Shown here: piece by piece, positions 16,515 to 25,252 of the stretch | Layout of the letters: each line of letters starts with the position of its first letter | Position numbering within the stretch: the stretch's first letter is position 1 | Assembly: GCA_031409335.1 (NCBI GenBank) | Contig: JANNWY010000261.1 | Coordinates: forward strand, 1-31,959 | DNA length: 31,959 bases | Direction of reading: 5' to 3' | Source: Chthoniobacteraceae bacterium | GTDB lineage: Bacteria > Verrucomicrobiota > Verrucomicrobiia > Chthoniobacterales > Chthoniobacteraceae | Translations under genes and position numbers: made by a program | The notes under the pieces: generated by a model | What the model was told of the DNA's origin: nothing | What the model saw: the letters and a program-made list of their open reading frames with translations, nothing else | The model's database searches: none

Positions 16515-18340
16515 TTGATTTTAAGGACTCCTTCGAGGATTTCGCGGACGCGGTAGCTGAGGCCGTCCGTCTTGGTGAGGCTGCGGATTTTCGGGTCGCA
16601 ATAGCGCGCGCGCAGGATCATGGCGAGCTGGCCGTAGCCGTAGAGGCCTTCGTCATTCATCTCGACGACGACGATGCGCTTGAATTTTGCGAAGATTTTT
16701 TCGAGACCGTTTGGCAGCGGGTTGATGTGGCGAAGATGGATCGCGGCGAGGCTTTCGCCACGTTCGCGGCCAGTCGCGACGGCTTCGTGGATCGGGCCGT
16801 AGGTGGAGCCCCAGCCGATGAGCAGGGCTTCGCCGGATTCGTCGCCGAAGACTTCGGGGACGGGCAGTTCGTCGGCAAGAAGCTGGAGTTTCTTGCGCCG
16901 CTTGGCCGTCATCCCGAGATGCAGTTTCGCGCTGCCGGTCGGGTGGCCGAGCTGGTCGTGTTCGAGACCGGTGACGACAGGATATTTCCCGTCGAGCATC
17001 CGCGTGCCGGGCGGCGCGTGCTGCGTGATGGCATCGAGCGGATACGGCAGGAAACCGGGCTGGCGCGGCGTGAGATCGACTTTCGGGTCGGTCATCAGCT
17101 TCGGCAGTTCCGGCTCGTCGAACGCTTCGATGCGCGTCGCGAGCGAGGAGTCGCTGAGGATGAAAACGGGCGTGCTGAACCGGCGCGCGATCTTGGTCGC
17201 TTCGATGGCGGTGTAGAAACAATCCTCGACCGTCGAGGCGGCGAGCACCACGCGCGGGCTGTCGCCGTGTCCGCCGAAAATCGCCTGATACAGATCGCTC
17301 TGCTCGACATTGGTCGGCAGGCCCGTGCTCGGTCCGCCGCGCTGCACATTGATGACGATGAGCGGGATCTCCGCCATCGTCGCCCAGCCGATCGCTTCCG
17401 CCTTCAGCGAAATGCCCGGCCCCGAACTGCCGGTGATCGCGAGATTTCCCGAGTAGGAAAATCCGAGCGCCATCGACACCGCGCCAAGCTCGTCTTCGCA
17501 CTGCACGAAGAGCCCGCCGTATTTCGGAAACTCCGAGCGCAAAATCTCCATAACCGACGACCACGGCGTGATCGGGTAACCCGCGCCGTAGCGCACGCCG
17601 CCCGCGATGAGCCCGTATGCCAGCGCCTGATTGCCATCCATCGTGATCTGCGCGCGGCCCGAGGCTGAGGCTTCGCCAGGCTCGAAATGATAGAGCGTCG
17701 TGAGCACATTGCCGACCGGATACGAGTAGCCCGCCGAGAATGCCATGATCGCCGTGTTGACGATGCTCTCATCCTTGCCGCGAAATTTCTCGCGGATCAG
17801 CCCTTTGAGTTTGTCCACATCGAGCCCGAACACTTTCGAGATCAGCCCGAGCACAAAGATGTTCTTCCCCTTGTCCTTCGCCGTCCCGCCGAGCGCCTCG
17901 ACCGTCAGCCCGGTGATCGGGATGCCGACATACACGAAACGCTTGTCCTCCAGATTCGGCTCGACGTGATCCGAGTCATAGAGCAGCACGCCGCCCTCTT
18001 TCAAAAAGCCGATGTGGTCGTCGTAGCTGTGCTGGTAAAACGCGACGAGGAAATCCGCCTCATCGCCCGCCGAGACAACTTCGCCCGTGCCGATGCGGAC
18101 TTGGAAAATCGACGGCCCGCCCGAGATCGTGGACGGGATCGTCATGTAAGTCATCACATCCTGCGCGCTGCGCCCCGCGAGCCGCGCGAGGAATGCGCCC
18201 GCGCTCTGGATGCCATCCTGCGAATTCCCCGCCAGCCGGATCACGGCGTCGCGGATACTTTGCGGTCGCAGGTCGGCCCGTGCTGCGGTTGCGGTGGATG
18301 AAGGCGCCGAGTCGGAGAGGTCGGATGTAGGGGTGCTCAC
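16511..18340 (-). CDS. korA: 2-oxoacid:ferredoxin oxidoreductase, alpha subunit (fused gamma-alpha type)
   Basis: IRLAGNSQDGIQ N-domain; GNQALA.G, GYPITP, QCEDELG, SSGPGISLK, QRGGPSTGLPT..EQSDL, GWGSTYG. GTG start at 18340 is inferred. Confidence 0.95.
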   Translation of the reverse strand: MSTPTSDLSDSAPSSTATAARADLRPQSIRDAVIRLAGNSQDGIQSAGAFLARLAGRSAQDVMTYMTIPSTISGGPSIFQVRIGTGEVVSAGDEADFLVAFYQHSYDDHIGFLKEGGVLLYDSDHVEPNLEDKRFVYVGIPITGLTVEALGGTAKDKGKNIFVLGLISKVFGLDVDKLKGLIREKFRGKDESIVNTAIMAFSAGYSYPVGNVLTTLYHFEPGEASASGRAQITMDGNQALAYGLIAGGVRYGAGYPITPWSSVMEILRSEFPKYGGLFVQCEDELGAVSMALGFSYSGNLAITGSSGPGISLKAEAIGWATMAEIPLIVINVQRGGPSTGLPTNVEQSDLYQAIFGGHGDSPRVVLAASTVEDCFYTAIEATKIARRFSTPVFILSDSSLATRIEAFDEPELPKLMTDPKVDLTPRQPGFLPYPLDAITQHAPPGTRMLDGKYPVVTGLEHDQLGHPTGSAKLHLGMTAKRRKKLQLLADELPVPEVFGDESGEALLIGWGSTYGPIHEAVATGRERGESLAAIHLRHINPLPNGLEKIFAKFKRIVVVEMNDEGLYGYGQLAMILRARYCDPKIRSLTKTDGLSYRVREILEGVLKIK

Positions 18341-18356
18341 GAGAAAAGGGGAGCAA

Positions 18357-18385
18357 TGTGTAAGTAGTGTTAGCGATCTTGTCAA
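18357..18385 (-). promoter_or_regulatory. Candidate sigma70 promoter for korAB
   Basis: Perfect TTGACA on the minus strand (18380-18385) followed by an AT-richer stretch; the -10 box (TACACA at N17) is imperfect. Confidence 0.4.
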
Positions 18386-18418
18386 CGCGCGCGCTGCTCG
18401 TTTGTGAACGGCGCAGGC

Positions 18419-19360
18419 TTATCCCGTGGCAGGCATCAAATGGTGATACCACTTCCAGCGGCCCGTCCGCTGGAGGTATTCGCGCTGGTATTCATTTCGC
18501 ACGCTGCGCCAGCGCTCGAACGCTTCGGGCGAGAGCGGGGCGCGGCGGCGCAGGAAGGTGGGGATGAGGCGCAGGGCAAGCGCGAGGGCTTTGAGGGCGA
18601 GCCAGGGGCGGCGGCGGACGAGGGCGGTTTGCACGGTGTAGTAGGCGAGCATCAGCGGGTAGAGCGTGAGCGTTTCGCGCAGCGGGAAGCGCAGCAGCGC
18701 GGTGCCGGGGGTCATCACGATTTCGGCGCTCCAGTAACGCGCGGCGTTGTCGGTGGCGCGGCCGGTGGATTCTGGGACGTGGAGGATGCTCACTTCTGGG
18801 AAAAAGTGGATCTCTTTCCCGAGGCCGTAAAAGCCGAGCGCCATGACGCGCTCCTCGCCGTAGAGCCAGAAGTCCTCGAAATACCAGCCCGCGTCGCGGA
18901 AGTCCGTGCGGCGAAACATGACAGCGCAGGCGATGAAGGTGTAATGCGGACGCGCCGGGCCGCCGTCGAATTGCGGGTTCCAGTCGCCCTCGCCGCCGCC
19001 GACGCGGAAGGCGAGCGCAGCCACGTTTTCCCGAGCCTGCAAATAGGCGACTGCTCTGGCGACATCCTGCGGATCGGTGAAGCGGCTGTCGTCATCGTGG
19101 AAGACGACGAAATCTCCGGCGGCGGTGGCGACGAGGAGATTGCGCGCGGCAGGGAGCGGGATGGGGCGCGGCGTTTTGATCGAGCGGACGTGGGGATATT
19201 CGGTGAGGAGCCAGCGGTGGATTTCGTCGGTGGGCGAGTTATCGACGACGACGATTTCCAGCCACGGATAGGTCTGCATCCGGCAGCTTTCGATGCCGAG
19301 CCGCAAAGCTTCGCGACGCTGCCAGGCGACGAAGGTGACGGTGACGAGGGGCTGCTTCAT
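18419..19360 (-). CDS. Glycosyltransferase family 2
   Basis: MKQPLVTVTFVAW...EIVVVDNSPTD...AARNLLV..AAGDFVVFHDDD (DxD)...GEE. The ORF-track 5' extension overlaps the upstream gene. Confidence 0.92.
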   Translation of the reverse strand: MKQPLVTVTFVAWQRREALRLGIESCRMQTYPWLEIVVVDNSPTDEIHRWLLTEYPHVRSIKTPRPIPLPAARNLLVATAAGDFVVFHDDDSRFTDPQDVARAVAYLQARENVAALAFRVGGGEGDWNPQFDGGPARPHYTFIACAVMFRRTDFRDAGWYFEDFWLYGEERVMALGFYGLGKEIHFFPEVSILHVPESTGRATDNAARYWSAEIVMTPGTALLRFPLRETLTLYPLMLAYYTVQTALVRRRPWLALKALALALRLIPTFLRRRAPLSPEAFERWRSVRNEYQREYLQRTGRWKWYHHLMPATG

Positions 19361-19370
19361 GGTGCGATTT

Positions 19371-20387
19371 TCACGGAACCAGACTGCGATAGCAGGCGAG
19401 GTAGCGCGGGGCGAGCGCGTCCCAGTGAAAGTTTTGCCACGCCCATCCGGCAAGCGCCTGCCGCGCTTCGGGAGTGTGGCGCGGTGCTTTGAAAATGCGG
19501 ACCAATGCCTCGCGAATGCTGTCCTCGCGCGGCTCGCAGAGGGTGCCGCGTCCGTCGGCGAGGTGCTCGATCCACGGTGTCGCGGAAGTGGTGAGCGCGG
19601 GAGTGCCGACCTGGCAGGCGTCGAGCACGGCGAGGCCGAAGTTTTCCGAGAACGTCGGCAGACAAAACAAGTCCGCGCCTTGAAAATACGGCCAGCGATC
19701 TTCGCCCCAGACTTCGCCGATCCAATCCACACGCGGCAGCGCGTCGCCGAGTTCGCCCGCGAGGTTGTGGACGGAGCGCACATATTCCGCGTCGCCGCTG
19801 CCAACGATGACGAGCCGCGTCGGTTCGCGGTGCTCCACTTTCGCGAGCGCGCGCAGCAGCAGCTCGACGCCCTTTTTCGCATGAAGACGCGAGAGAAAAA
19901 GCAGCACGCGCTCCTCGGGTGGCCAGCCAAGTTGCGCGCGCGCGGCTTCGTAATTGGGTTTGGCGTCACCGGTCATCCCAAGCGGAAGTGAGACGATGCG
20001 CTGGCCGGGCAGGAGCTTTTTAAGGCGATCGGATTCGAGGCGTCCAGTCGCGAGCAGCGCGTCGGCGCGTGACAGGAAACTCTTTTCGATGAGGTGAAAG
20101 TAGGGCCACTTTTTCCACCGCTTATGCTGCATGGCCCACGGCTCCAACATGCCGTGCGGCGAGACAACGTATGGGATGCCGAGCGCGGCACAGCGTTTCG
20201 CGAGGCGCGCGGAGCGGAGCTGCCAGAGGCCGTGAAAATGGACGATGTGTTCGCCGTTCGGGCTTTCGGGAAAAGTTTCATCGACCGTGCAGCCAGCGCG
20301 CACGAGCGCGGCGCGCAGGCCGTCGATCGCGGCGTCGAGTCCGCCAATGCGTTGCGCGGGTGGCGGGGTGAAAAAGTGGACGTTCAC
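19371..20387 (-). CDS. Glycosyltransferase family 4
   Basis: IVHFHGLW, PYVVSPHGMLEPW, LFLSRLHAKKG, ADLFCLPTFSENFGLAVLDA; GTGA overlap with the upstream gene. Confidence 0.93.
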   Translation of the reverse strand: MNVHFFTPPPAQRIGGLDAAIDGLRAALVRAGCTVDETFPESPNGEHIVHFHGLWQLRSARLAKRCAALGIPYVVSPHGMLEPWAMQHKRWKKWPYFHLIEKSFLSRADALLATGRLESDRLKKLLPGQRIVSLPLGMTGDAKPNYEAARAQLGWPPEERVLLFLSRLHAKKGVELLLRALAKVEHREPTRLVIVGSGDAEYVRSVHNLAGELGDALPRVDWIGEVWGEDRWPYFQGADLFCLPTFSENFGLAVLDACQVGTPALTTSATPWIEHLADGRGTLCEPREDSIREALVRIFKAPRHTPEARQALAGWAWQNFHWDALAPRYLACYRSLVP

Positions 20388-21517
20388 GGTTTCGAAGTGA
20401 TGGCTTCGCGGTAGATCGTTTCGTAGTTCGCGGCCATCGATGCGAAGGAAAACTGCCGCTCGGCCAGCTCACGCGCGGCTTTTCCAATCGCGTGGTTTCG
20501 CACGGAATCGAGCCACGCATCGTCGTCGCCGATCGCGATCGAGTTGGTGGAATCGAGGAACGACATTTCGGCGAGCAGGTTCGGCGTGATCGCGCACGGC
20601 AGGCCAGCAGCGAGCGCTTCGAGGATGGCGAAGGCGAGGCCCTCGAATTCGGCGACGTGCAGGAAGACATCGGCGGCGGCGAGGAAAGCCGGCGCGTCGG
20701 TTTGCCATTGGAGACGGCGGATTTTTTCGGGGTGCGTGTTCCTTGCGTCGAAAGCGGCGGCGAGATCGCCGTCGCCGATCCAAAGGAAACGCGCGTGCGG
20801 GAGCTTGCGCAGGATGCGTTCAGCGATTTCGAGGAAAAGGAGCGGACGCTTCTGCGGCATCATGCGACCGATGGCGACGAAGAGGATTTCGTGGTCGGCG
20901 ATGCCGAGCGACGCGCGTTTTGCCGGACGCTGCACGGCGAGGGTGGCGAGGTCGGGAATGGGGACGCCGTTGAGCACGGTGCGGACGCGCGTCTTGCCGC
21001 CGACGAAATCCGCAAGATCGCGCTCGCGGCTGCCGGGCGTGGTGACGAGCAGGCCGGGGAATCCGCGCAGCGCGCGCCGCGAAACGAAGTCGCGCAACGC
21101 CGCCTGCGACGCGCGCAGATACGCGGCGCTTTGCGTGATGTGCATCATCGCGATACACGGAATGCGCGAGATGCGCGCGGCGGAGACGAGGTCCAGACCG
21201 TCTTCGAGATTCTGCTTGTTGAGATGGATCACATCCGGCGCGAGCGCCTGCCATTCCGCGGCGACGCGGCGCGCGGTGGCTCCGTCGAAATAGCTCGCGA
21301 GCGAGCGTCCGCGCCGGTCGTAAGTGTTCACGTATGGCGCGCGGACGACTTTGCCGAACGCGGCGAATGCGTGCGCGAGTTCATCCATCCGCGCGTGGTC
21401 GGAAGCCCAGAGCGCGACCTCGTGCCCGCGCAACGCGAGCGCGCGCCCGAGATAAAGCAGCGAAAGTTCACCCCCGCCGCGCGAACCCGAGCTGGTGCTG
21501 ACGATCTGGATTTTCAT
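20384..21517 (-). CDS. Glycosyltransferase family 4
   Basis: GGGE N-terminal motif, PDVIHLN, VLNGV, IGRMMPQKRP, ADVFLH.AEFEGLAFAILEALAAGLP; ATGA overlap. Confidence 0.93.
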   Translation of the reverse strand: MKIQIVSTSSGSRGGGELSLLYLGRALALRGHEVALWASDHARMDELAHAFAAFGKVVRAPYVNTYDRRGRSLASYFDGATARRVAAEWQALAPDVIHLNKQNLEDGLDLVSAARISRIPCIAMMHITQSAAYLRASQAALRDFVSRRALRGFPGLLVTTPGSRERDLADFVGGKTRVRTVLNGVPIPDLATLAVQRPAKRASLGIADHEILFVAIGRMMPQKRPLLFLEIAERILRKLPHARFLWIGDGDLAAAFDARNTHPEKIRRLQWQTDAPAFLAAADVFLHVAEFEGLAFAILEALAAGLPCAITPNLLAEMSFLDSTNSIAIGDDDAWLDSVRNHAIGKAARELAERQFSFASMAANYETIYREAITSKP

Positions 21518-22578
21518 CTTCCGAGCACTTCGTGAAATGCCGCGACCCATTTTTCCGCGCCCACCTCCGGCGTGAACGCGCGCGCTTTCTCACGCGACAC
21601 CGCGCCCCACTTTTCGATGAGCTGCGGTTCGGCGAGAAAGCGCTTCATTTTTTCCGCGAGCGAAGCGGCGTCGCCCGCGCGGAATTTCAGGCCGTTCAAC
21701 TCGTCGTCCACGAGGTCGTGTCCGGCGCCGACCATGTTCGAACAGATCACCGGCAACCCGGCGCCGATCGCCTGATTCACCACGACGCCCCAGCCGTCGT
21801 AGCGGCTCGGCAGCACGAACACATCGGCCCGCGCGAAGGAGCACGGCAATTCCTCCGGTGGCTGGAAACCCGCGTATTCACAGCGTTCGCGGACGTTCGC
21901 CGGGAGCGCGGCGAGCAGTTTCGGCAGCGCAGCTTCGCGACCGACGAGCAGCAATCGCGCGGAGTCTCCGAGTTCCGCGAAGGCGGCGAGCAGGAGATCG
22001 ACGCCCTTCCGCGCGATCATCTGGCCGCAGAAAAGGAAGACGACTTTGCCATCGTCTCGGACGCGGCGAGGCGCGGCGAGGAATGGCGCGAGTTCACAAA
22101 AATACGGGATGCGAAAGTGGCGCGGCTCGGGGAAACGCTCGCTGTAATCCTGCTCGGCAAATGCGCCGATCGACGCGATGGCCGTCGCGCGGTGCAGCGG
22201 CGCGGCGAGTCGCTGATGCAGCGCGCCGCCGCGGCTCAACTTTTCGCCCCAGAAGAACCACGGCTTTTTCCGCAAAGCAAAACGCATGAGCCACTGCGCG
22301 GTGAGCGACATCAGCGTGTTCATCACGATCACGTCGAACTGCGCGAGCGAGGGCAGCGGCCAGTTCACGTGCGTGCGCGCGGTGCCGAGCGGGAACCAGA
22401 ATCCGCGGAGGATTTCCTCGTGCGGCGCGAGCGGGTTTTCCGGCCACGGCGAGTCGGGCGAGGCCGCTTCGAGATAGAAAACGCGGAGCCGCACGTCGGG
22501 ATGCGCGGCGAGTGCGCGGAAGAGATCACGCTGATACGGCGACGGGACGACCGAGATGAATGCGACCTCGATTGCCAC
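21514..22578 (-). CDS. Glycosyltransferase family 4
   Basis: PSPYQRDLF, FLFCGQMIARKGVDLLL, ADVFVLPSRYDGWGVVVNQAIGAGLPVI; GTG start preceded by GAGG. Confidence 0.93.
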   Translation of the reverse strand: MAIEVAFISVVPSPYQRDLFRALAAHPDVRLRVFYLEAASPDSPWPENPLAPHEEILRGFWFPLGTARTHVNWPLPSLAQFDVIVMNTLMSLTAQWLMRFALRKKPWFFWGEKLSRGGALHQRLAAPLHRATAIASIGAFAEQDYSERFPEPRHFRIPYFCELAPFLAAPRRVRDDGKVVFLFCGQMIARKGVDLLLAAFAELGDSARLLLVGREAALPKLLAALPANVRERCEYAGFQPPEELPCSFARADVFVLPSRYDGWGVVVNQAIGAGLPVICSNMVGAGHDLVDDELNGLKFRAGDAASLAEKMKRFLAEPQLIEKWGAVSREKARAFTPEVGAEKWVAAFHEVLGR

Positions 22579-22585
22579 GAAAACC

Positions 22586-24148
22586 TCAAGGGCGGCGCAC
22601 CGCCGTGGTGGATCCGCCAAGCCGCGTGGCTCCCGGATCGCGCAGCGGTCGGATGCGGTTGCGCAGCGCATTCACGAGCCAGGTCGCCATGATGATACCG
22701 GCGATGGTGGGCAGCAGCGCGGTGGTAAATTGCAGCAGGCTGCGCATGGAAATGACGGCGGCGAAAAATCCCGACGCGTAAATCAATATCCCGACCTCGG
22801 AATTTCGCGGCGACGCGAGGAAACACCACCAGCCCGTGACCGCGCCAAACGCGAGCGCGATAAGAAAGACCGCCAGATTTCCCCCCGACATATACGCCTC
22901 GCCGGCAAAGCTCGCCGAGATGGTGAGCCCCTCCATGCCCATCGCCTGCTCGATGCTGGTGCTCATGCCTTCGGGCTTCCCTTTCCACAGCGCCCGCGGG
23001 ATCGGGCGGATGAGCGCGAGGTAGGGAATCTCCAGGCCGAGGTAGTCGCGGCGGCTCGGGAAAACTTCGGCGAGGCGGCAGATCGAGAAGAGATTGTAGT
23101 CCACGTAAAGCGTGCGGATTTCCTCCTTCGGCGGCGGCTCGAGTGAGGTGACCGGCGCACCATTGTCGGCGAGATAATTTTTCAGACCGACGTTGCGAAA
23201 TTGCAGCATAAAGAACGTCGAGAAGGTCATCATCAGGCCACACGCGATGGCGAGGATGACGAGCTCGCGGCGGCGCTCGGTGGGCAGCGCGAAGGCGTAG
23301 CCGATGAGGAAGGTGACGAGGTAGGACGCGAGGATATTTCGCGTGCCGCTGGCGAACGCGGCGTACATCGTGATGGCGATGACGACAAGCATCGGCAGGA
23401 GGTGCCAGATCGGAAAACGCTTGCGGCGCGCGATCATGATTCCGGCGAGCGGCGGGAGGAGTTGGATGAGCATTCCCAGCTCGAAAAGCAGGGCTTTCCA
23501 GTCGCCAAATTTGCCGCGGCTCCACGGTTGCGTGAAGCGCGGCTCGGAGAACCAGCCGATCATTTTCATCACGTCGAAATCGACCGCGAGCAGCATGTGC
23601 AGGTAGCCGATGCCGGTGGCGATCCAGAACAGCGCGATGAGCCAGCCGGGCGGGATTTCGTGGGTCATCACGTCCGCCATCGGCTGCGATTTCGGTTTGA
23701 AAATGTGGCGTCCGATGAGCAGGCCGGTGAAGGCGATGAGGACGACGTAGATGCCGTTGCCGGCGAGTTCCGGCGTGGTGAGGGTGTTGAATTTCGGCTG
23801 CGGAAAGAGGAACTCGAACAGGGTGAGAAAATAGAACGCGAGGAGGGCGAACAGATCGGCGCGCGGGAGATTCCAGATCCCGCGTTTAAAATCCATGAAC
23901 ACGCTCCCGGCGAGGCCGATGCCGACGGTGATCGCGGCGTAGCGCGCCATCTCGGTGGGCGTCGCCGTCGGGAGCGAGACTGCGGCGAAGACGATCGCCA
24001 CCAGCGCGAATCCGGTGCCGGCAGGATTGGGATGCGGCGATTCCAGTGGCGCGGTGATGGCAACTGGCGGCGGCGGCGGCGGCGGCGGCGGCTCGGGCCG
24101 GCCCGGCGGGCGGAGCTGTCCTTTTTTGACGCGACCGAGGAAGCTCAT
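22586..24148 (-). CDS. Polytopic membrane protein, probable Wzy-like polysaccharide polymerase
   Basis: About 11-12 hydrophobic segments, ASGTR motif, periplasmic loop with IRPIPRALWKGKP, GEAYMSGG; first gene of the glycosyltransferase cluster. Confidence 0.8.
   Translation of the reverse strand: MSFLGRVKKGQLRPPGRPEPPPPPPPPPVAITAPLESPHPNPAGTGFALVAIVFAAVSLPTATPTEMARYAAITVGIGLAGSVFMDFKRGIWNLPRADLFALLAFYFLTLFEFLFPQPKFNTLTTPELAGNGIYVVLIAFTGLLIGRHIFKPKSQPMADVMTHEIPPGWLIALFWIATGIGYLHMLLAVDFDVMKMIGWFSEPRFTQPWSRGKFGDWKALLFELGMLIQLLPPLAGIMIARRKRFPIWHLLPMLVVIAITMYAAFASGTRNILASYLVTFLIGYAFALPTERRRELVILAIACGLMMTFSTFFMLQFRNVGLKNYLADNGAPVTSLEPPPKEEIRTLYVDYNLFSICRLAEVFPSRRDYLGLEIPYLALIRPIPRALWKGKPEGMSTSIEQAMGMEGLTISASFAGEAYMSGGNLAVFLIALAFGAVTGWWCFLASPRNSEVGILIYASGFFAAVISMRSLLQFTTALLPTIAGIIMATWLVNALRNRIRPLRDPGATRLGGSTTAVRRP
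24065..24091 (-). repeat. (CCG)8-CCA trinucleotide tract encoding Pro9
   Basis: Read directly near the 5' end of the wzy-like gene. Confidence 0.95.
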
Positions 24149-24233
24149 GTCACCCGGTCCGGCGCAGCGCGCGGGTGGCCGCGTCCGAGGTGAAGGAAAA
24201 GGTGTGTGAGCGCTCCATAGGTGGGCCGTTTTT

Positions 24234-24249
24234 AGCGAAGTTCATGCCA
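24234..24249 (-). promoter_or_regulatory. Candidate sigma54 (-24/-12) promoter for the wzy-glycosyltransferase operon
   Basis: Minus strand TGGCATG-aact-TCGCT with exact GG-N10-GC spacing, 85 nt upstream of ATG 24148. Confidence 0.6.
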
Positions 24250-24364
24250 TTCCGGCTTTTCGCGGGTGCGGAGCCCGTGGCCGATACAAAACGTTCGACG
24301 ATGCGGAAGGCCATGGTTTTACTGCGCGGGACTAAACCAACCCCGCTTCGCACTCACAAACATT

Positions 24365-24664
24365 ATGTTTTCACACGTGGTCATTTTCTGGACGAAACCC
24401 GAGCTTCCAAATGCCGCCGACGACCTCGTCGCTGGCATGGAAAAATACCTGCGCCCGATCCCGGGCGTGCTCGCATTCCAAGTCGGCCGCATGGTGAAAA
24501 GTGAGCGCGCTGTGGTGGATCAGAGTTATCAGGTGGCGCTAAATTTGCAGTTCGAGGACAAGACCGCGGAGAGTGCGTATCAGGTGCATCCGCTGCATCT
24601 CGATTTCGTCGAGAAATGCTTCAAGCCGAACTGCGCGCGCGCGGTGATTTACGATTTCGAGTGA
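24365..24664 (+). CDS. Dabb family (stress-responsive A/B barrel) protein
   Basis: MFSHVVIFW...IPGV...SYQVALNLQFED...AYQVHPLHLDFV...VIYDFE. Confidence 0.9.
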   Translation: MFSHVVIFWTKPELPNAADDLVAGMEKYLRPIPGVLAFQVGRMVKSERAVVDQSYQVALNLQFEDKTAESAYQVHPLHLDFVEKCFKPNCARAVIYDFE

Positions 24665-24671
24665 AAACGGG

Positions 24672-25184
24672 TTATGGCCGCGAGTAGAGGGACTTTACCT
24701 CGGCATCGGGAAACCCAACCGCGGGATGCGAATCGGCGCGCTCGAACACACACTCGACTTCGATACCGCGCGTCCGCAGCGCGGCGAGGCAGATGGCCAG
24801 CGGCGCTGTCGGCGCGGAGATAAATTCGCGACTGCCAAACGCGCCTTCCCACTTTTCGCCATCGCGCCGGACGAGCAGCGGTTCGAGGCTGTGGCTGAGG
24901 TGCTCGACCAGTTCCCACGCCAGCGCGAGTTCCTCGGAATACCGCCGGAATTCCCGCACTTCCATCAGGACCGCGGTCGCCGAGCTCGCGCGGTGCTGAA
25001 GCTGGCGGAAAAATGGATCCTCCATCGCCTCGACCGCTTCTTCCACGGAGTCGAACCGAAAATCGGTTTGGGTGTTCACCCAATGCACGAGCGGTTTCTC
25101 GCCGGTGAGGAATTTCCCGACCAGAGCGTCCAACTCATGCAGCGAGGTCACGCGAACCCGCTGCGTTGCATCACCTTTGTTCAT
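24672..25184 (-). CDS. BC1872-like / phage ABA sandwich domain protein
   Basis: ELDALV...YSEELALAWELVEHL...WEGAF...APTAPLAICLAAL resembles the YS.D...AW.VVE.L / APLAIC.AAL signature of this family. Confidence 0.7.
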   Translation of the reverse strand: MNKGDATQRVRVTSLHELDALVGKFLTGEKPLVHWVNTQTDFRFDSVEEAVEAMEDPFFRQLQHRASSATAVLMEVREFRRYSEELALAWELVEHLSHSLEPLLVRRDGEKWEGAFGSREFISAPTAPLAICLAALRTRGIEVECVFERADSHPAVGFPDAEVKSLYSRP

Positions 25185-25252
25185 CTTCTCGAGAGCACGA
25201 ATTAGTAGATGGATTTCTCGGCGCGGAAATGAAAGGGCAATTTAGCGGAAAT

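Noticed and set aside
24150..24353. 67-aa minus-strand ORF ending just before the wzy-like start
   Set aside because: No recognisable features and it spans the candidate sigma54 promoter; treated as intergenic.
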